NCBI GenBank assembly: GCA_028877275.1
Contig: JAPPFP010000010.1
Coordinates: 67,640 to 131,639 of the forward strand
Length of the DNA: 64,000 bases
Direction of reading: 5' to 3'
Source: Acidobacteriota bacterium
GTDB lineage: Bacteria; Acidobacteriota; Thermoanaerobaculia; Multivoradales; Multivoraceae
Below are positions 40,720-52,237 of this stretch, piece by piece. Within the stretch, counting starts at the first letter, position 1, and each line of letters opens with the position of its first letter. Under the pieces are notes generated by a model. That model searched no databases and was not told where the DNA came from. It worked only from the letters and a program-made list of their open reading frames with translations. The position numbers were made by a program, and so were the translations under genes.

Positions 40720-41934
40720 ATGCATCAGGTGCTCGCCGATGTCCGTGTCCTGGACTTCGGTCGCTACATCGCCGGACCGTTCTGTGCCGCCCTGCTCGGC
40801 GATCTGGGGGCCGAGGTCATTCGCGTGGAGAAGGTCCGCGGCAGCGAGGACCGGTTCATCGCTCCGGTGGCGCCGACCGGCGAGGGCGGGATGTTCCTGC
40901 AGATGAATCGCAACAAGCGCTCGCTGACGCTGAACCCAACGAAGCCGGCGGGCCGCGAGATCGTGAAGCGGCTGGTGGCGACCGCCGACGTCGTCGTGGC
41001 GAACCTGCCGCCGAAGACCCTTGAGGCGATGGGGCTCGACCTGGACAGCCTGCGCGAGGCGAAGGAGGACATCATTCTGACCACGGTGTCGGCCTACGGG
41101 CGCGGCGGCCGCTACAGCGACCGCGTGGGCTTCGACGGCATCGGCCAGGTCATGTCCGGCATCGCCTACATGACCGGCGACGCGGACAGGCCGCGGCGCG
41201 CGGCCGCGCCCTTCGTCGACTTCGGGACCGCGCTCTCCTGCGCCTACGGCACGCTGGCCGCTCTGATGGCGCGCCAGCAGACCGGCAAGGGGCAGATGGT
41301 CGAGGGCGCACTGCTCAGGACGGCGTTGATGATGGGCAACGCCAACCTGATCGAGCAGGCGGTGATCGAGCGCAACCGGCTGCCGACCGGCAACATGTCG
41401 CAGACCTCCGGTCCGGGGGACATCTTCCGCACCGGCGATGGCTGGATCCTGTGCTCGGTGATCGGCGAACCGCTGTTCAGGCGCTGGGTCGACCTGATGG
41501 CCGAGGACAACGGCGCCGGAGGCGAGGGCGAAGAGATCGACTGGCTGAACGATCCACGCTTCGCCGACGATCTCTCGCGGGGCGACCACGGCGACGTGAT
41601 CGGCGAACGGATGGCTGCCTGGTGCGCCTCCCGGTCGACCGGGGAAGCCGTGGAGACCCTGAACGCGGCGATGATCCCATCCGGGCCGGTGTACTCGATG
41701 CAGCAGACGCTGGACGACCCGCACATCGCGGAGGTCGGTTCCTTCGTCGAGCTCGAGTATCCGGACATGCCGCGGCCGGCGCCGGTGGCGCAGCCTTCCG
41801 TACGCCTGACGGAAACTCCGGCCACGATCCGTCACCGCGCGCCCACCCTGGGTGAGCACACGGACGAGATCCTGGGCGATCTCGGCTACAGCAGCGAAGA
41901 GATCGCAGCATTCAGGGCGGACCGTGTCGTGTAG
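40720..41934 (+). CDS. family III CoA-transferase (CaiB/BaiF)
   Basis: 404 aa. LADVRVLDFGRYIAGPFCAALLGDLGAEVIRVEK...NRNKRSLTLN and a conserved Asp region (GDIFRTGDGW). Confidence 0.85.
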   Translation: MHQVLADVRVLDFGRYIAGPFCAALLGDLGAEVIRVEKVRGSEDRFIAPVAPTGEGGMFLQMNRNKRSLTLNPTKPAGREIVKRLVATADVVVANLPPKTLEAMGLDLDSLREAKEDIILTTVSAYGRGGRYSDRVGFDGIGQVMSGIAYMTGDADRPRRAAAPFVDFGTALSCAYGTLAALMARQQTGKGQMVEGALLRTALMMGNANLIEQAVIERNRLPTGNMSQTSGPGDIFRTGDGWILCSVIGEPLFRRWVDLMAEDNGAGGEGEEIDWLNDPRFADDLSRGDHGDVIGERMAAWCASRSTGEAVETLNAAMIPSGPVYSMQQTLDDPHIAEVGSFVELEYPDMPRPAPVAQPSVRLTETPATIRHRAPTLGEHTDEILGDLGYSSEEIAAFRADRVV

Positions 41935-41944
41935 CTTGCCCGGG

Positions 41945-43909
41945 TTGGCGGAGCGATCCGCAGGCGACCGGCGCCCTTCGCCGGATGCCGGCCAGAGGGC
42001 CGGCGCACCGACACTCGGTCTGGCCCTGCTTCTCCTTGGTTCGCTGGTGCCGGTCCTGGCGCAACCACCCGACCTGCCGCCCCCGAACATCCTCTGGGTC
42101 TCCAGCGAGGACAACGGCCCGCATCTCGGCGCCTACGGCGACGACTACGCCACCACACCGAACCTCGACCGCCTTGCCGCTCGCGGGCTCGTCTACCGCA
42201 ATGCCTGGTCGACCGTTCCGGTCTGTGCGCCGGCGCGCACGACGATCATCAGCGGCGTCTACCCGGCGTCCACCGGCGCCCAGCACATGCGCAGCCGGTC
42301 CAGGCTGCCCGACGGCTTCCGGTTCTTCCCGCAGGTCCTGCGCGAGGCGGGCTACTACGTCACGAACAACGCGAAGGAGGACTACAACCTCGAGAAGCCG
42401 GGCGGCCAGGGTGCCGTGTGGCACGAGTCCTCGCGTGAGGCGCACTGGCGGAACCGCCCGGAGGGAGCGCCGTTCTTCGCCGTCTTCAACTACACCGTTA
42501 CCCATGAGAGCCAGATCCGGCGACGACCGCACACCCAGGTCCATGACCCGGCCGCCGTTCGCGTGCCGGCCTACCACCCCGACACACCTGAGGTACGGCA
42601 GGACTGGGCCCAGTACTACGACAAGCTGACCGAGATGGACGCGCTGGTCGGGGAGCGGCTGGCCGAACTCGAGACGGCCGGTCTCGCGGACGACACGATC
42701 GTCTTCTACTGGGCGGATCACGGCCCCGGCCTGCCGCGCGGCAAACGCACGGCGCTTCAGACCGGTCTCCATGTGCCGCTCATCGTCTCGGTGCCGGAGA
42801 AGTACCGGCACCTGGCGCCGGCGGACTACGAGGAGGGTGGCAGCACGGACCGGCTGGTCGGCTTCATCGACTTCGCGCCGACCATGCTGAGCCTGGCCGG
42901 GATCGAGCCGCCGCCGCACCTCCAGGGCCGGGCCTTCCTGGGCGCCCACGAGGCGGAGCCGAAGGACTTCCTGTTCGGCTTCGCCGACCGCATGGACGAG
43001 CGCTACGACCTGGTGCGGAGCGTCCGTGAAAAGCGCTATCTCTACGCCCGGAACTTCCTGGTCGACCGGCCTTACGGCCAGCGGCTCTCCTACCAGATGG
43101 AGACGCCGACGACCCGGGTCTGGCTGCGGCTGTTTCAGGAGGGTGAACTCGACGACGCGCAGGCGGCCTTCTGGCGGGAGAAGCCGAGCGAGGAGCTGTA
43201 CGACCTGGAGACCGATCCGGATCTCGTGAACAACCTTGCCGGCTCAGCCGAACACGAAGCCGAGCGGGAAAGGCTGGCCGCGGCATTGCGGCGACAGCTC
43301 ATGACGATTCGCGATCTCAGTTTCATGCCTGAAGGCGAGATGCACCGCCGGGCGGCGGACATGGGTGGCGTGCCCTGGACCTACGGCCAGGGCGGTTACC
43401 AGATCGAGCGGGTGCTGCCCGCGGCCGAGCTCGCTACCGATCGGTCGAGGTGGGGCAGCGGGGACATCGACCGGTTGACCCACATGCTCGCAGACCCGGA
43501 CTCCGCAGTACGCGCCTGGGCCGCAATCGGGCTGCGGACTCGCGGCGAGGAGGCGGTGCGCTCGGCCGCCGCCGCGCTGCGGGCGGCACTCGACGACCCG
43601 TCGCCACCGGTGCGGATCTTCGCCGCGGAGGCTCTGGGACGCTTCGGCGAGGACACGGACCTTGGGCCTGCGGTGGAACTACTCCTGGCCTCAGCCTCGA
43701 TCACGGAGAACGACTTCTTCGACGCCCTGCTGGCGCTCAATGCGCTCGACTACCTCCCGCCGGAAGTCTTCGGAGGGCCGGACGCGCGGGACTGGCGAAA
43801 CCGGCTTACTGGCCTGCCGAGCGAAGTCGAAGGTCTCGACCGCCGCTTCCGCAACTACGCGCCCCGGCTGCTCGAGGCGATCCGGCTCGATCTGGACCGG
43901 GCGCCCTGA
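41945..43909 (+). CDS. secreted sulfatase (formylglycine-dependent) fused to C-terminal HEAT/PBS-lyase repeats
   Basis: Signal peptide LGLALLLLGSLVPVLAQP, sulfatase core (NILWVSSEDNGPHLGAYG...CAPARTTIISG with the CxPxR motif) and C-terminal HEAT repeats (DPDSAVRAWAAIGL, DDPSPPVRIFAAEALGRFG). There is no in-frame ATG before the active site. TTG 41945 or GTG 41925 are start candidates, so the start is uncertain. Confidence 0.75.
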   Translation: MAERSAGDRRPSPDAGQRAGAPTLGLALLLLGSLVPVLAQPPDLPPPNILWVSSEDNGPHLGAYGDDYATTPNLDRLAARGLVYRNAWSTVPVCAPARTTIISGVYPASTGAQHMRSRSRLPDGFRFFPQVLREAGYYVTNNAKEDYNLEKPGGQGAVWHESSREAHWRNRPEGAPFFAVFNYTVTHESQIRRRPHTQVHDPAAVRVPAYHPDTPEVRQDWAQYYDKLTEMDALVGERLAELETAGLADDTIVFYWADHGPGLPRGKRTALQTGLHVPLIVSVPEKYRHLAPADYEEGGSTDRLVGFIDFAPTMLSLAGIEPPPHLQGRAFLGAHEAEPKDFLFGFADRMDERYDLVRSVREKRYLYARNFLVDRPYGQRLSYQMETPTTRVWLRLFQEGELDDAQAAFWREKPSEELYDLETDPDLVNNLAGSAEHEAERERLAAALRRQLMTIRDLSFMPEGEMHRRAADMGGVPWTYGQGGYQIERVLPAAELATDRSRWGSGDIDRLTHMLADPDSAVRAWAAIGLRTRGEEAVRSAAAALRAALDDPSPPVRIFAAEALGRFGEDTDLGPAVELLLASASITENDFFDALLALNALDYLPPEVFGGPDARDWRNRLTGLPSEVEGLDRRFRNYAPRLLEAIRLDLDRAP

Positions 43910-45364
43910 TCAGTCCTCGCCGGGTGTCTCCGGAGGCCAGCCGAACGGCAGGTCCTCCGGCACCACCTTGATCTCGGTGGAGAACTGGAACGGCGCCTCG
44001 CCGGGGCCGGGGAACTCGAACTCAAGGTAGAAGCCGGTCCAGCCGCGTTCCGGCGCAGGGACGGCGCCGACCCACCTGCCGTCCTCACCCGGTTCGACGG
44101 CGCTGCTGGTCCACGACCGGCCGATCGTGTCGACCCGGAGATCGCGCGTTTCCGGGTTCGAGGCCTGCCACAGGAGAACCTGGCTGGGCTCGACGCCGTT
44201 CGCCACCCAGGCGGAAATCGCCGCGCCGCCTGCGTCGTCGGTCTCGATCGACCAGTCGACGTCGGGGCGCTCGACGCCTTCGAGGATGGCCTGGTAGAAG
44301 GCGAGGAAACCGACGGCTGCGTCGCTGCCGCCAAGGGAGTGCTCGGTGTTCGGTACGTAGCGCAGGTGCTTCTCGCCGAGCAGGTCGTCGAAGTAGAACT
44401 GGGCCGAGTCCGGCAGGAAGAACTGGTCGCCGGTCGCGTTGATCAGATACTTCGGCATCATGAGTTTCTCGAGGTGGTTGTAGGGCTCGACGATTTGCTG
44501 GAGCTCCAGGTACTCGGGGGTTCCGAACCAGTCCGTGATCCCCTCGTGCACGTAGTCGCCGATGGCCGGCGCCCAGAAGCCGTAGGCCTTCCAGTGGTGC
44601 TCGAAGGAGGCTTCGAGGTTCAGGAGGTCGATCACGATCGGCGCGATCGCGACGACCCGGTCGTCGACCATCGCCGTGGTCCAGGTCGTCCAGCCGCGCT
44701 TGGAGCCGCCGGCGACAACGAAGCGGTTCACGTCGTTCCCGCCGCCGTCCCCGGACGCCGCGAAGGCGGTCATCGTGTCCATTGCCCGCACGGCGGCCTT
44801 CGTCATCGGCAGGCGGGCAAGCCAGATCGCATCCTCGCCTCGCAGGAACTTGTCCCAGCCGTAGGCGATCAACTCGTCCTCGACCCGCTCGCCGTAGTCG
44901 TCGCCGACGAAGTTGAGCGGCTGGTTCGGCACCATCCGCAGCTCGGCCGTGAACGAGCCGGTCACCAGGGCGGGCTGGAGGGTCAACGGATTGGCCTGAT
45001 CCGGCGGGTCACCGCCGTTGCCGCCGCCCGAGATGTAGAGAAAGGCATGGTCGCTTGTGACTTCGTGGGGTTCGACCACCATCAGCCAGTGGGTCCACAG
45101 CGGTCGGTCGACCTCCGCCTCGGTGAGCCAGGTCTGGCTCGTCATCTCGATCGTGTGCAGTGTGTAGCCGTCGCCGGGCTCGCTGCTGACCAGGTTCCAG
45201 CCGTAGGCCGGGTCGGGCGTGTCGACGTAGTCCTGAAGGAGCTCGTTCGAGGCCGGACCGGCGTCGCTAGCGGGCTCGGCACCGCCGTAGTCGGCCCCGC
45301 CGCCGCAGCCGACAAGGAGCAGTCCGATGGCGAGCAGAGTGAACGAGTCGCGCGCGTTTCTCAT
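43910..45364 (-). CDS. PhoPQ-activated pathogenicity-related protein (PqaA-family) lipoprotein
   Basis: 484 aa. Lipobox LLLVGC. Resembles the PF10142 family (RGWTTWTTAMVDDRVVAIAPIVID). Assigned from memory of the family. Confidence 0.6.
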   Translation of the reverse strand: MRNARDSFTLLAIGLLLVGCGGGADYGGAEPASDAGPASNELLQDYVDTPDPAYGWNLVSSEPGDGYTLHTIEMTSQTWLTEAEVDRPLWTHWLMVVEPHEVTSDHAFLYISGGGNGGDPPDQANPLTLQPALVTGSFTAELRMVPNQPLNFVGDDYGERVEDELIAYGWDKFLRGEDAIWLARLPMTKAAVRAMDTMTAFAASGDGGGNDVNRFVVAGGSKRGWTTWTTAMVDDRVVAIAPIVIDLLNLEASFEHHWKAYGFWAPAIGDYVHEGITDWFGTPEYLELQQIVEPYNHLEKLMMPKYLINATGDQFFLPDSAQFYFDDLLGEKHLRYVPNTEHSLGGSDAAVGFLAFYQAILEGVERPDVDWSIETDDAGGAAISAWVANGVEPSQVLLWQASNPETRDLRVDTIGRSWTSSAVEPGEDGRWVGAVPAPERGWTGFYLEFEFPGPGEAPFQFSTEIKVVPEDLPFGWPPETPGED

Positions 45365-45424
45365 GGTTCCCTTCCTCCTTTGACCTCAGGTCGGCCAGCC
45401 GACATGGTTTCCGTCGAGCCAGCC

Positions 45425-46555
<1,131 letters not shown>

Positions 46556-46704
46556 GGTCGGTATCTCCAGGTGCGGGTTGGCTCAGAGTCGGGCCGGCAG
46601 TATAGGAGACGCGGCGGCTTCGACCTGCCGTACAATCCGGTCGCTTCAGACCCGCGGATTCAGCCGGACGCGGCCCCAGGGACGCGCCATGGGAGCCTCC
46701 AACC

Positions 46705-47661
46705 ATGCAGCGATACGGAATGACGATCCCGTTCGGCCTCCCGCTGGCCGAGCAGGAGGACCTGATCAAGGAGATGGTCGACCTCGGCTACACGGACTTC
46801 TGGTCCTCCGAGTCGAACGGCAGCGACGGGTTCACGCCTCTCGTCCAGGCCTCTATCTGGGCGCCCACCGCGCGGCTCGGGATCGCGATCATCCCCGCCT
46901 ACACGCGTGGGCCGGCGCTGATGGCGATGACGGTCGGCGCGATGGCGGAGGCGGCTCCCGGCCGTTTCGTCATGGGCGTCGGCACCTCGTCCAACGTAAT
47001 CGTCGAACAGTGGAACGACATCCCGTTCGAGCGGCCGTACTACAAGACCCGGGACATGGTGCGCTTCCTCAAGAAGGCGCTGACCGGCGACCGGATCGAC
47101 GAGGAGTTCGAGACGTTCAACGTGCGCGGATTCCGCATGGGCCGGCCGCTCAAGGAGAGTCCACCGATCCTGGTGGCGGCGCTCCGCCAGGGCATGCTGC
47201 GGATGGCCGGCCGCGAAGGCGACGGCGCGATCCTGAACTGGCTGTCTCCCGGCGACGTGAAGACGGTCGTCCCCTACGTCCACGAGGGCGGCCCCGGCAA
47301 GGAGATCGCGGCCCGCATCTTCGTCATCGCCACCGAGGACAAGGACGTGGTCGACTTCGTCGGCAAGCGCTCGATGGCCGCCTACCTGAACGTCCCCGTC
47401 TACGCCGCCTTCCACGACTGGCTCGGCCGCCGGGACGTCCTGGGCCCCATGTGGGACGCCTGGGCCGCCGGCGACCGCAAGAAGGCGCTCGAGGTCATCC
47501 CCGAAGAGGCGCTGCGTGACATCCTGATCATCGGCTCGCCCGGCAAGTGCCGTGAACGGATCCAGGAGTACATCGAGGCGGGAGTCCACACGCCGGCGAT
47601 CCAGATCATGCATCCCGGGGACGATCTGCGGGAGACGATCCGCGCGCTGGCGCCGGGTTAG
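46705..47661 (+). CDS. LLM-class F420-dependent oxidoreductase
   Basis: 318 aa. Luciferase-like TIM barrel (GIAIIPAYTRGPALMAMTVGAMAE...MGVGTSS). Confidence 0.75.
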   Translation: MQRYGMTIPFGLPLAEQEDLIKEMVDLGYTDFWSSESNGSDGFTPLVQASIWAPTARLGIAIIPAYTRGPALMAMTVGAMAEAAPGRFVMGVGTSSNVIVEQWNDIPFERPYYKTRDMVRFLKKALTGDRIDEEFETFNVRGFRMGRPLKESPPILVAALRQGMLRMAGREGDGAILNWLSPGDVKTVVPYVHEGGPGKEIAARIFVIATEDKDVVDFVGKRSMAAYLNVPVYAAFHDWLGRRDVLGPMWDAWAAGDRKKALEVIPEEALRDILIIGSPGKCRERIQEYIEAGVHTPAIQIMHPGDDLRETIRALAPG

Positions 47662-47770
47662 GTCCTCTCACCTTGTCGGGTCTTCCCGCCCTTGACGTAA
47701 GCTCGCCGCCGCCCCTCGGCCGGACGGGTGTGCGTCATACCCGCGCCGGCCTGACCCAAGGAGAACATCC

Positions 47771-48190
47771 ATGGCACTCAGCACCTACCTGACCTTCGGC
47801 GGCAACTGCCGCGAGGCGTTCGACTTCTACCGGTCCGTCTTCGGCGGAGAGTTTTCCGACTACAACACGTTCGGCGAGGGCCCGGAGGGGTTGCCGCTCG
47901 CCGAGGGCCAGGAGGACCAGATCATGCACGTTGCCTTGCCGGTGGGCGACAGCGTGCTGATGGGCAGCGACAGCACGACGTTCGGCCCGCCGCTCGCGGT
48001 CGGCAACAACTTCTCGATCTCGGTCGAGGCCGAGAGCCGTGAACGTGCCGACGAGCTGCAGGGGAAGCTGTCGGAGGGCGGTGCGGTGACGCTGCCGATG
48101 GAGGATCAGTTCTGGGGCGCCTACTTCGGCATGTGCACCGACCGCTACGGCATCAACTGGATGCTGGTCCACACACCCCCGCAGGAGTAG
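47771..48190 (+). CDS. VOC/glyoxalase-family protein (PhnB-like)
   Basis: 139 aa. LTFGGNCREAFDFYRSVFGGE...IMHVALPVGDSVLMGSD...DQFWGAYFGMCTDRYGINWML is the classic PhnB/3-demethylubiquinone-9 methyltransferase-like VOC pattern. Confidence 0.8.
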   Translation: MALSTYLTFGGNCREAFDFYRSVFGGEFSDYNTFGEGPEGLPLAEGQEDQIMHVALPVGDSVLMGSDSTTFGPPLAVGNNFSISVEAESRERADELQGKLSEGGAVTLPMEDQFWGAYFGMCTDRYGINWMLVHTPPQE

Positions 48191-48240
48191 CAGGGAAGCC
48201 CTGGCTTCCGCTGCCAGGGGTCCAACGAGGAGCCATCACG

Positions 48241-49344
48241 ATGACCGCGATCTCTCCGAACGACGGGCCGGTTGCCGTCACCGGCTGTTCCGGCTTCACC
48301 GGGGGCCACATGGTTCGCGAGCTGGTGATTCATGGCTACCGGGTCCGCGCCTGCATCCGGGACGCCTCCTCCTGGCGCGGTCAGGACTGCGTGGAGTACC
48401 TGAACCGGCTGCCGAACGTGGAGATCGTCGACGGTTGCGACCTCTTCGTGCCCGGTTCCTACGACGCGGCGTTCGCGGGATGCTCGGGCGTGTTCCACGT
48501 CGCCGCGGTGCTCGGCAACTCGGCCGACGGCAAGTCCCAGCCTCTCGGCTCCGGCAACGTCTCGACGGACGTCTACGAGGGCGGCATGGCCGGGACGCGG
48601 AACGTGATCGACGCGGTGGGCAGGAGCGGCAGCGTGAAACGCGTCCTGTACACGAGTTCCCTGGCGGCCGTCGCGGGTCTGGGGGCGCCGGCGATGCCTC
48701 CGGGCTACGCGTGGACGGAGACGGACTGGGCTTCCGGCAACTTCCCGGAGGAGATCTGGAACCACCCGCGGATGGCCTATGCCCGCAGCAAGGTGGACAC
48801 GGAGCACCTGCTGAACCAGGCCGCGGACGAAAGCGGCGACCGCTGGGACGTGGTCACGATGAACCCGGCGATGATCTGCGGCCCCATCCTGTTCAAGGCC
48901 CAGGTCGGCCAGTGGATCGAGCAGATCGGGCGGCTCGCCGCGGGACTGGAGCCCTCGTGGCCGACGCCGTACGACATGTACTACAACATCATCGACGTGC
49001 GGGACCTGGTGAAGGCGGAGCGGCTCGCGGCCGAGTCCGATGTCGACCATCGGGCCACGAACGGCGGCAGCCGCTACATCCTGCACGGCAGCGGCGGCCG
49101 TTCGGCGCTGCGGTTCGGTACGGAAGTGGCCGACATCATCCGCGAGGCCTTCCCGTCCTTCGTGGTCGGCGAGGCCCCGGTTCCGGAAGACGGCGGTCCG
49201 CCGCCACCCGCGGCGATCAACCACAGCCGCAAGGCGGAGTCGGTGCTGGGCGCCACCCTCCGACCGGTCGAGGACACGATCCGCGCGGTCGTGGAGACAT
49301 CGATCGAGCTGGGCATCATCGAGCCGCGGTTGCGGGGGGCCTGA
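48241..49344 (+). CDS. NAD(P)-dependent epimerase/dehydratase, SDR family (cinnamoyl-CoA reductase-like)
   Basis: Internal ATG (MTAISPNDGPVAVTGCSGFTGGHMVRELV) of ORF 48133..49344. Rossmann GxxGxxG and a YARSK active site (YxxxK). Confidence 0.8.
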   Translation: MTAISPNDGPVAVTGCSGFTGGHMVRELVIHGYRVRACIRDASSWRGQDCVEYLNRLPNVEIVDGCDLFVPGSYDAAFAGCSGVFHVAAVLGNSADGKSQPLGSGNVSTDVYEGGMAGTRNVIDAVGRSGSVKRVLYTSSLAAVAGLGAPAMPPGYAWTETDWASGNFPEEIWNHPRMAYARSKVDTEHLLNQAADESGDRWDVVTMNPAMICGPILFKAQVGQWIEQIGRLAAGLEPSWPTPYDMYYNIIDVRDLVKAERLAAESDVDHRATNGGSRYILHGSGGRSALRFGTEVADIIREAFPSFVVGEAPVPEDGGPPPPAAINHSRKAESVLGATLRPVEDTIRAVVETSIELGIIEPRLRGA

Positions 49345-49369
49345 GCGCGGTCAGGGGAGCCAAGGGTCC

Positions 49370-50737
49370 ATGAGGGCTTTCGTCGCCGCCCCCGTCCTCG
49401 CCCTGTTGTGGAGCGGTCCGCTTCGGGCCGACGATCCGAATCCGGGGCGCAACCGGGTAGCGACGGCGGAGAACCTGCCCGCGACCTGGGATGTCGCCTC
49501 GGGTGAGGGAGTGCTGTGGTCCGCCGAACTCGGTACGGTGACCTACGGCGGCCCGACGATCGCCGGTGACTTGATCGTCGTCGGCACGAACAACGAGCGA
49601 CCCCGCGATCCGGCCGTGACCGGCGACCGCGGCGTGGTCATGGCCTTCGACCGCCGTAACGGCAGCTTCCGCTGGCAGATCACCCACGCGAAGCTGGACG
49701 CAGGGGACGCGAACGACTGGCCGCTGCAGGGGGTCTGCTCGACGCCCTCGTTCGATGGCCAACGGCTCTACTACGTCTCGAACCGGGGCGAGCTCGTCGT
49801 TGCAGACGTCGACGGCGTCGTCGACTGGTCGTTCGACATGGTCGGCGAGTGGGGGGTGTTCCCGAAGCACATGGCGGCTTCGACGCCGCTGGTCGCGGGT
49901 GATCTCGTCTTCGTGTCGACCAGCAACGGAGTCACCGACGACGGGCGGGTGCCAGCGCCGGAGGCGCCCAGCTTCGCGGCCTTCGAGCGGGCGACGGGCA
50001 GGCCGGTGTGGCGCGACGGCAGCCCCGGCGCCGGGCTGATCGACGGCCAGTGGGGGAGCCCGTCGCACGGACGTGCCGGCGGCGGGGCGCAGGTCGTTTT
50101 CCCGGCCGGCGACGGCTGGCTCTACGCCTTCGAGCCGGCGACGGGACGGGCGCTCTGGCGTTTCGACGGCAATTCGGCGCTTGCCGCCGGCGAACTGGAG
50201 CAAGTCGGGTCGCGGCATGTCTTCGTGGCCACGCCGGTTTTCCTCGAAGACACCGTCTACATCGCGGCCGGACGGGACCCGGAGGCGTCGCTCAGGGCCG
50301 GCATCCTGTGGGCCGTCGACGCCGGAGACGGTGGTGACGTGACGGCGAGCGGGGCGCGGTGGCGGTTCGAGGATCCGGACTTCGGCCGAGCGATCGCCAC
50401 CGTGGCGGTGGACGGCGGCATCGTCTACGCGGCGGATCTGAACGGCTTCCTGTTCGCGCTCGACGCGGAGAGCGGCGAGAAGCTCTGGGTCTACGACGCG
50501 CTGGCACCCTTCTGGAGTTCACCCCTGGTCGCCGACGGCAAGGTCTACGCTGCCGACACGGAGGGTGATGTAGCTGTGCTGGAGCATGGCCCAACGCTGG
50601 AGGTTCTGGCCGAAATCGCGATGCCGCGGCCGGTGTACACTTCGCCGTCCACGGATGGCTCGGTCGTCTACCTGGCGACCAGCGAAACACTGTACGCGCT
50701 GGTTGCCCGGGCATCGGGCGGCGGCGCGGACGCCTGA
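49370..50737 (+). CDS. secreted PQQ-like beta-propeller repeat protein, paralog A
   Basis: Internal ATG preceded by AGGGGAG. Signal peptide MRAFVAAPVLALLWSGPLRA. Repeated Trp-docking blades (GRPVWRD, GRALWRF, GEKLWVY). Conserved NDWPLQGVCSTP. Confidence 0.7.
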   Translation: MRAFVAAPVLALLWSGPLRADDPNPGRNRVATAENLPATWDVASGEGVLWSAELGTVTYGGPTIAGDLIVVGTNNERPRDPAVTGDRGVVMAFDRRNGSFRWQITHAKLDAGDANDWPLQGVCSTPSFDGQRLYYVSNRGELVVADVDGVVDWSFDMVGEWGVFPKHMAASTPLVAGDLVFVSTSNGVTDDGRVPAPEAPSFAAFERATGRPVWRDGSPGAGLIDGQWGSPSHGRAGGGAQVVFPAGDGWLYAFEPATGRALWRFDGNSALAAGELEQVGSRHVFVATPVFLEDTVYIAAGRDPEASLRAGILWAVDAGDGGDVTASGARWRFEDPDFGRAIATVAVDGGIVYAADLNGFLFALDAESGEKLWVYDALAPFWSSPLVADGKVYAADTEGDVAVLEHGPTLEVLAEIAMPRPVYTSPSTDGSVVYLATSETLYALVARASGGGADA

Positions 50738-50774
50738 CAGCGACGGACCCCCCTGACAGCCACGGACCAAGCTC

Positions 50775-52214
50775 ATGAAGACCCGAATCTCCCTGTCCCT
50801 CCGACTCGCCCTGGTTACGCTGATCGCGGCCGCCGCCGTCGCAGCGGCGAACGAGCCGCCGGCGATGTTCGGCAACACGCCGGCCCGGAACATGGTGTCC
50901 GATGCCGCCAACCTCCCCACGGAATGGGACGTCCGATCCGGCGAGAACATCGTCTGGCGCGCCAAGGTCGGCTCGCAGACGTATGCCGGCCCGGTGATCC
51001 ACGGCGGGCGGGTGTACGCCGGCACGAACAACGAGGGGCTTCGCCGGCCCGGGATCGAGGGCGACAAGGGAGTTCTCATCGCGCTCGACAAGGAGACGGG
51101 CGATCTTCTGTGGCAGGCCACCCACGACAAGCTGGGGGCCGGGCGGGTCAACGACTGGCCGCTACAGGGCATCTGTTCGACGCCGTACGTGGAGGACGAA
51201 CGGGTCTACTACGTGTCCAATCGCGCGACGGTCGTGGCCGTCGACGTGGACGGCTTCCGGGACGGCGTGAACGACGGCATGACGGACGAGCAGTACAGGC
51301 AGGAACTCGACGCGGACATCGTGTGGGAGTACGACATGATCGCCGAGCTCGACGTGTTCCCGCACAACCTCGCCGCCGGTTCGCCGCTGGTCATCGGCGA
51401 CCTCCTCTTCACCGTCACCGGCGCCGGGGTCGACGAGGGGCACATCAACCTGCCTTCGCCGGCTTCGCCGGCCTTCATCGCGCTGAACAAGAACACGGGC
51501 GAGCTGGTCTGGGAAAGCCTCGACAGCAGCGACGCGGTTCTTCACGGCTCCTGGTCGAACCCGGGCTACGGCGTGGTCGACGGCCAGCCGCAGATCGCCT
51601 TCCCGGGCGGCGACGGCTGGCTCTACACCTACGAGCCGGCGACCGGCAACCTGCTCTGGAAGTTCGATCTGAACCCCAAGGACTCGATCTGGGAACTCGG
51701 CGGCGCCGGCACCCGAAACAACATCATCTCGACGCCGGTCTTCTACAACAACCGCTTCTACCTCGGAGTCGGTCAGGATCCCGAGCACGGAGAAGGCCCC
51801 GGCCACTTCTACGCCATGGACGCCAACGTCGAAGGAGACGCGACCGGCAGCGCCGCCGTCTGGCACTTCGGCAACGAGGACTTCAACCGGACGATTTCGA
51901 CCGCGGCGATCTCCGACGGCCTGCTCTACATCCCGGATCTGAGCGGCTTCCTCTACGTGCTGGACGTCGAGACCGGAGAGCATCTCTGGACCCACGACAC
52001 CTTCGCCGCGGTCTGGGGTTCGGCCTTCGTGGCCGACGGCAAGGTCTACCTCGGCGACGAGGACGGCGACATCGTCGTCCTCGAGGCCGGCCGCGAGGAA
52101 AAGGTGATCGCCGAGCACAACATGGGCTCGGCCGTGTACACGACGCCGGTCGCGGAGGACGGGAGAATCTACGTGGCGACGCGTTCCGACGTCTTCGCGA
52201 TCGGATCCGACTAG
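50775..52214 (+). CDS. secreted PQQ-like beta-propeller repeat protein, paralog B
   Basis: 479 aa with a signal peptide. Collinear with paralog A and shares NDWPLQGICSTP and blade motifs (GDLLWQA, GELVWES, GNLLWKF, GEHLWTH). Confidence 0.7.
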   Translation: MKTRISLSLRLALVTLIAAAAVAAANEPPAMFGNTPARNMVSDAANLPTEWDVRSGENIVWRAKVGSQTYAGPVIHGGRVYAGTNNEGLRRPGIEGDKGVLIALDKETGDLLWQATHDKLGAGRVNDWPLQGICSTPYVEDERVYYVSNRATVVAVDVDGFRDGVNDGMTDEQYRQELDADIVWEYDMIAELDVFPHNLAAGSPLVIGDLLFTVTGAGVDEGHINLPSPASPAFIALNKNTGELVWESLDSSDAVLHGSWSNPGYGVVDGQPQIAFPGGDGWLYTYEPATGNLLWKFDLNPKDSIWELGGAGTRNNIISTPVFYNNRFYLGVGQDPEHGEGPGHFYAMDANVEGDATGSAAVWHFGNEDFNRTISTAAISDGLLYIPDLSGFLYVLDVETGEHLWTHDTFAAVWGSAFVADGKVYLGDEDGDIVVLEAGREEKVIAEHNMGSAVYTTPVAEDGRIYVATRSDVFAIGSD

Positions 52215-52237
52215 GGAGTCACGCGCTCCCCAGAGCG

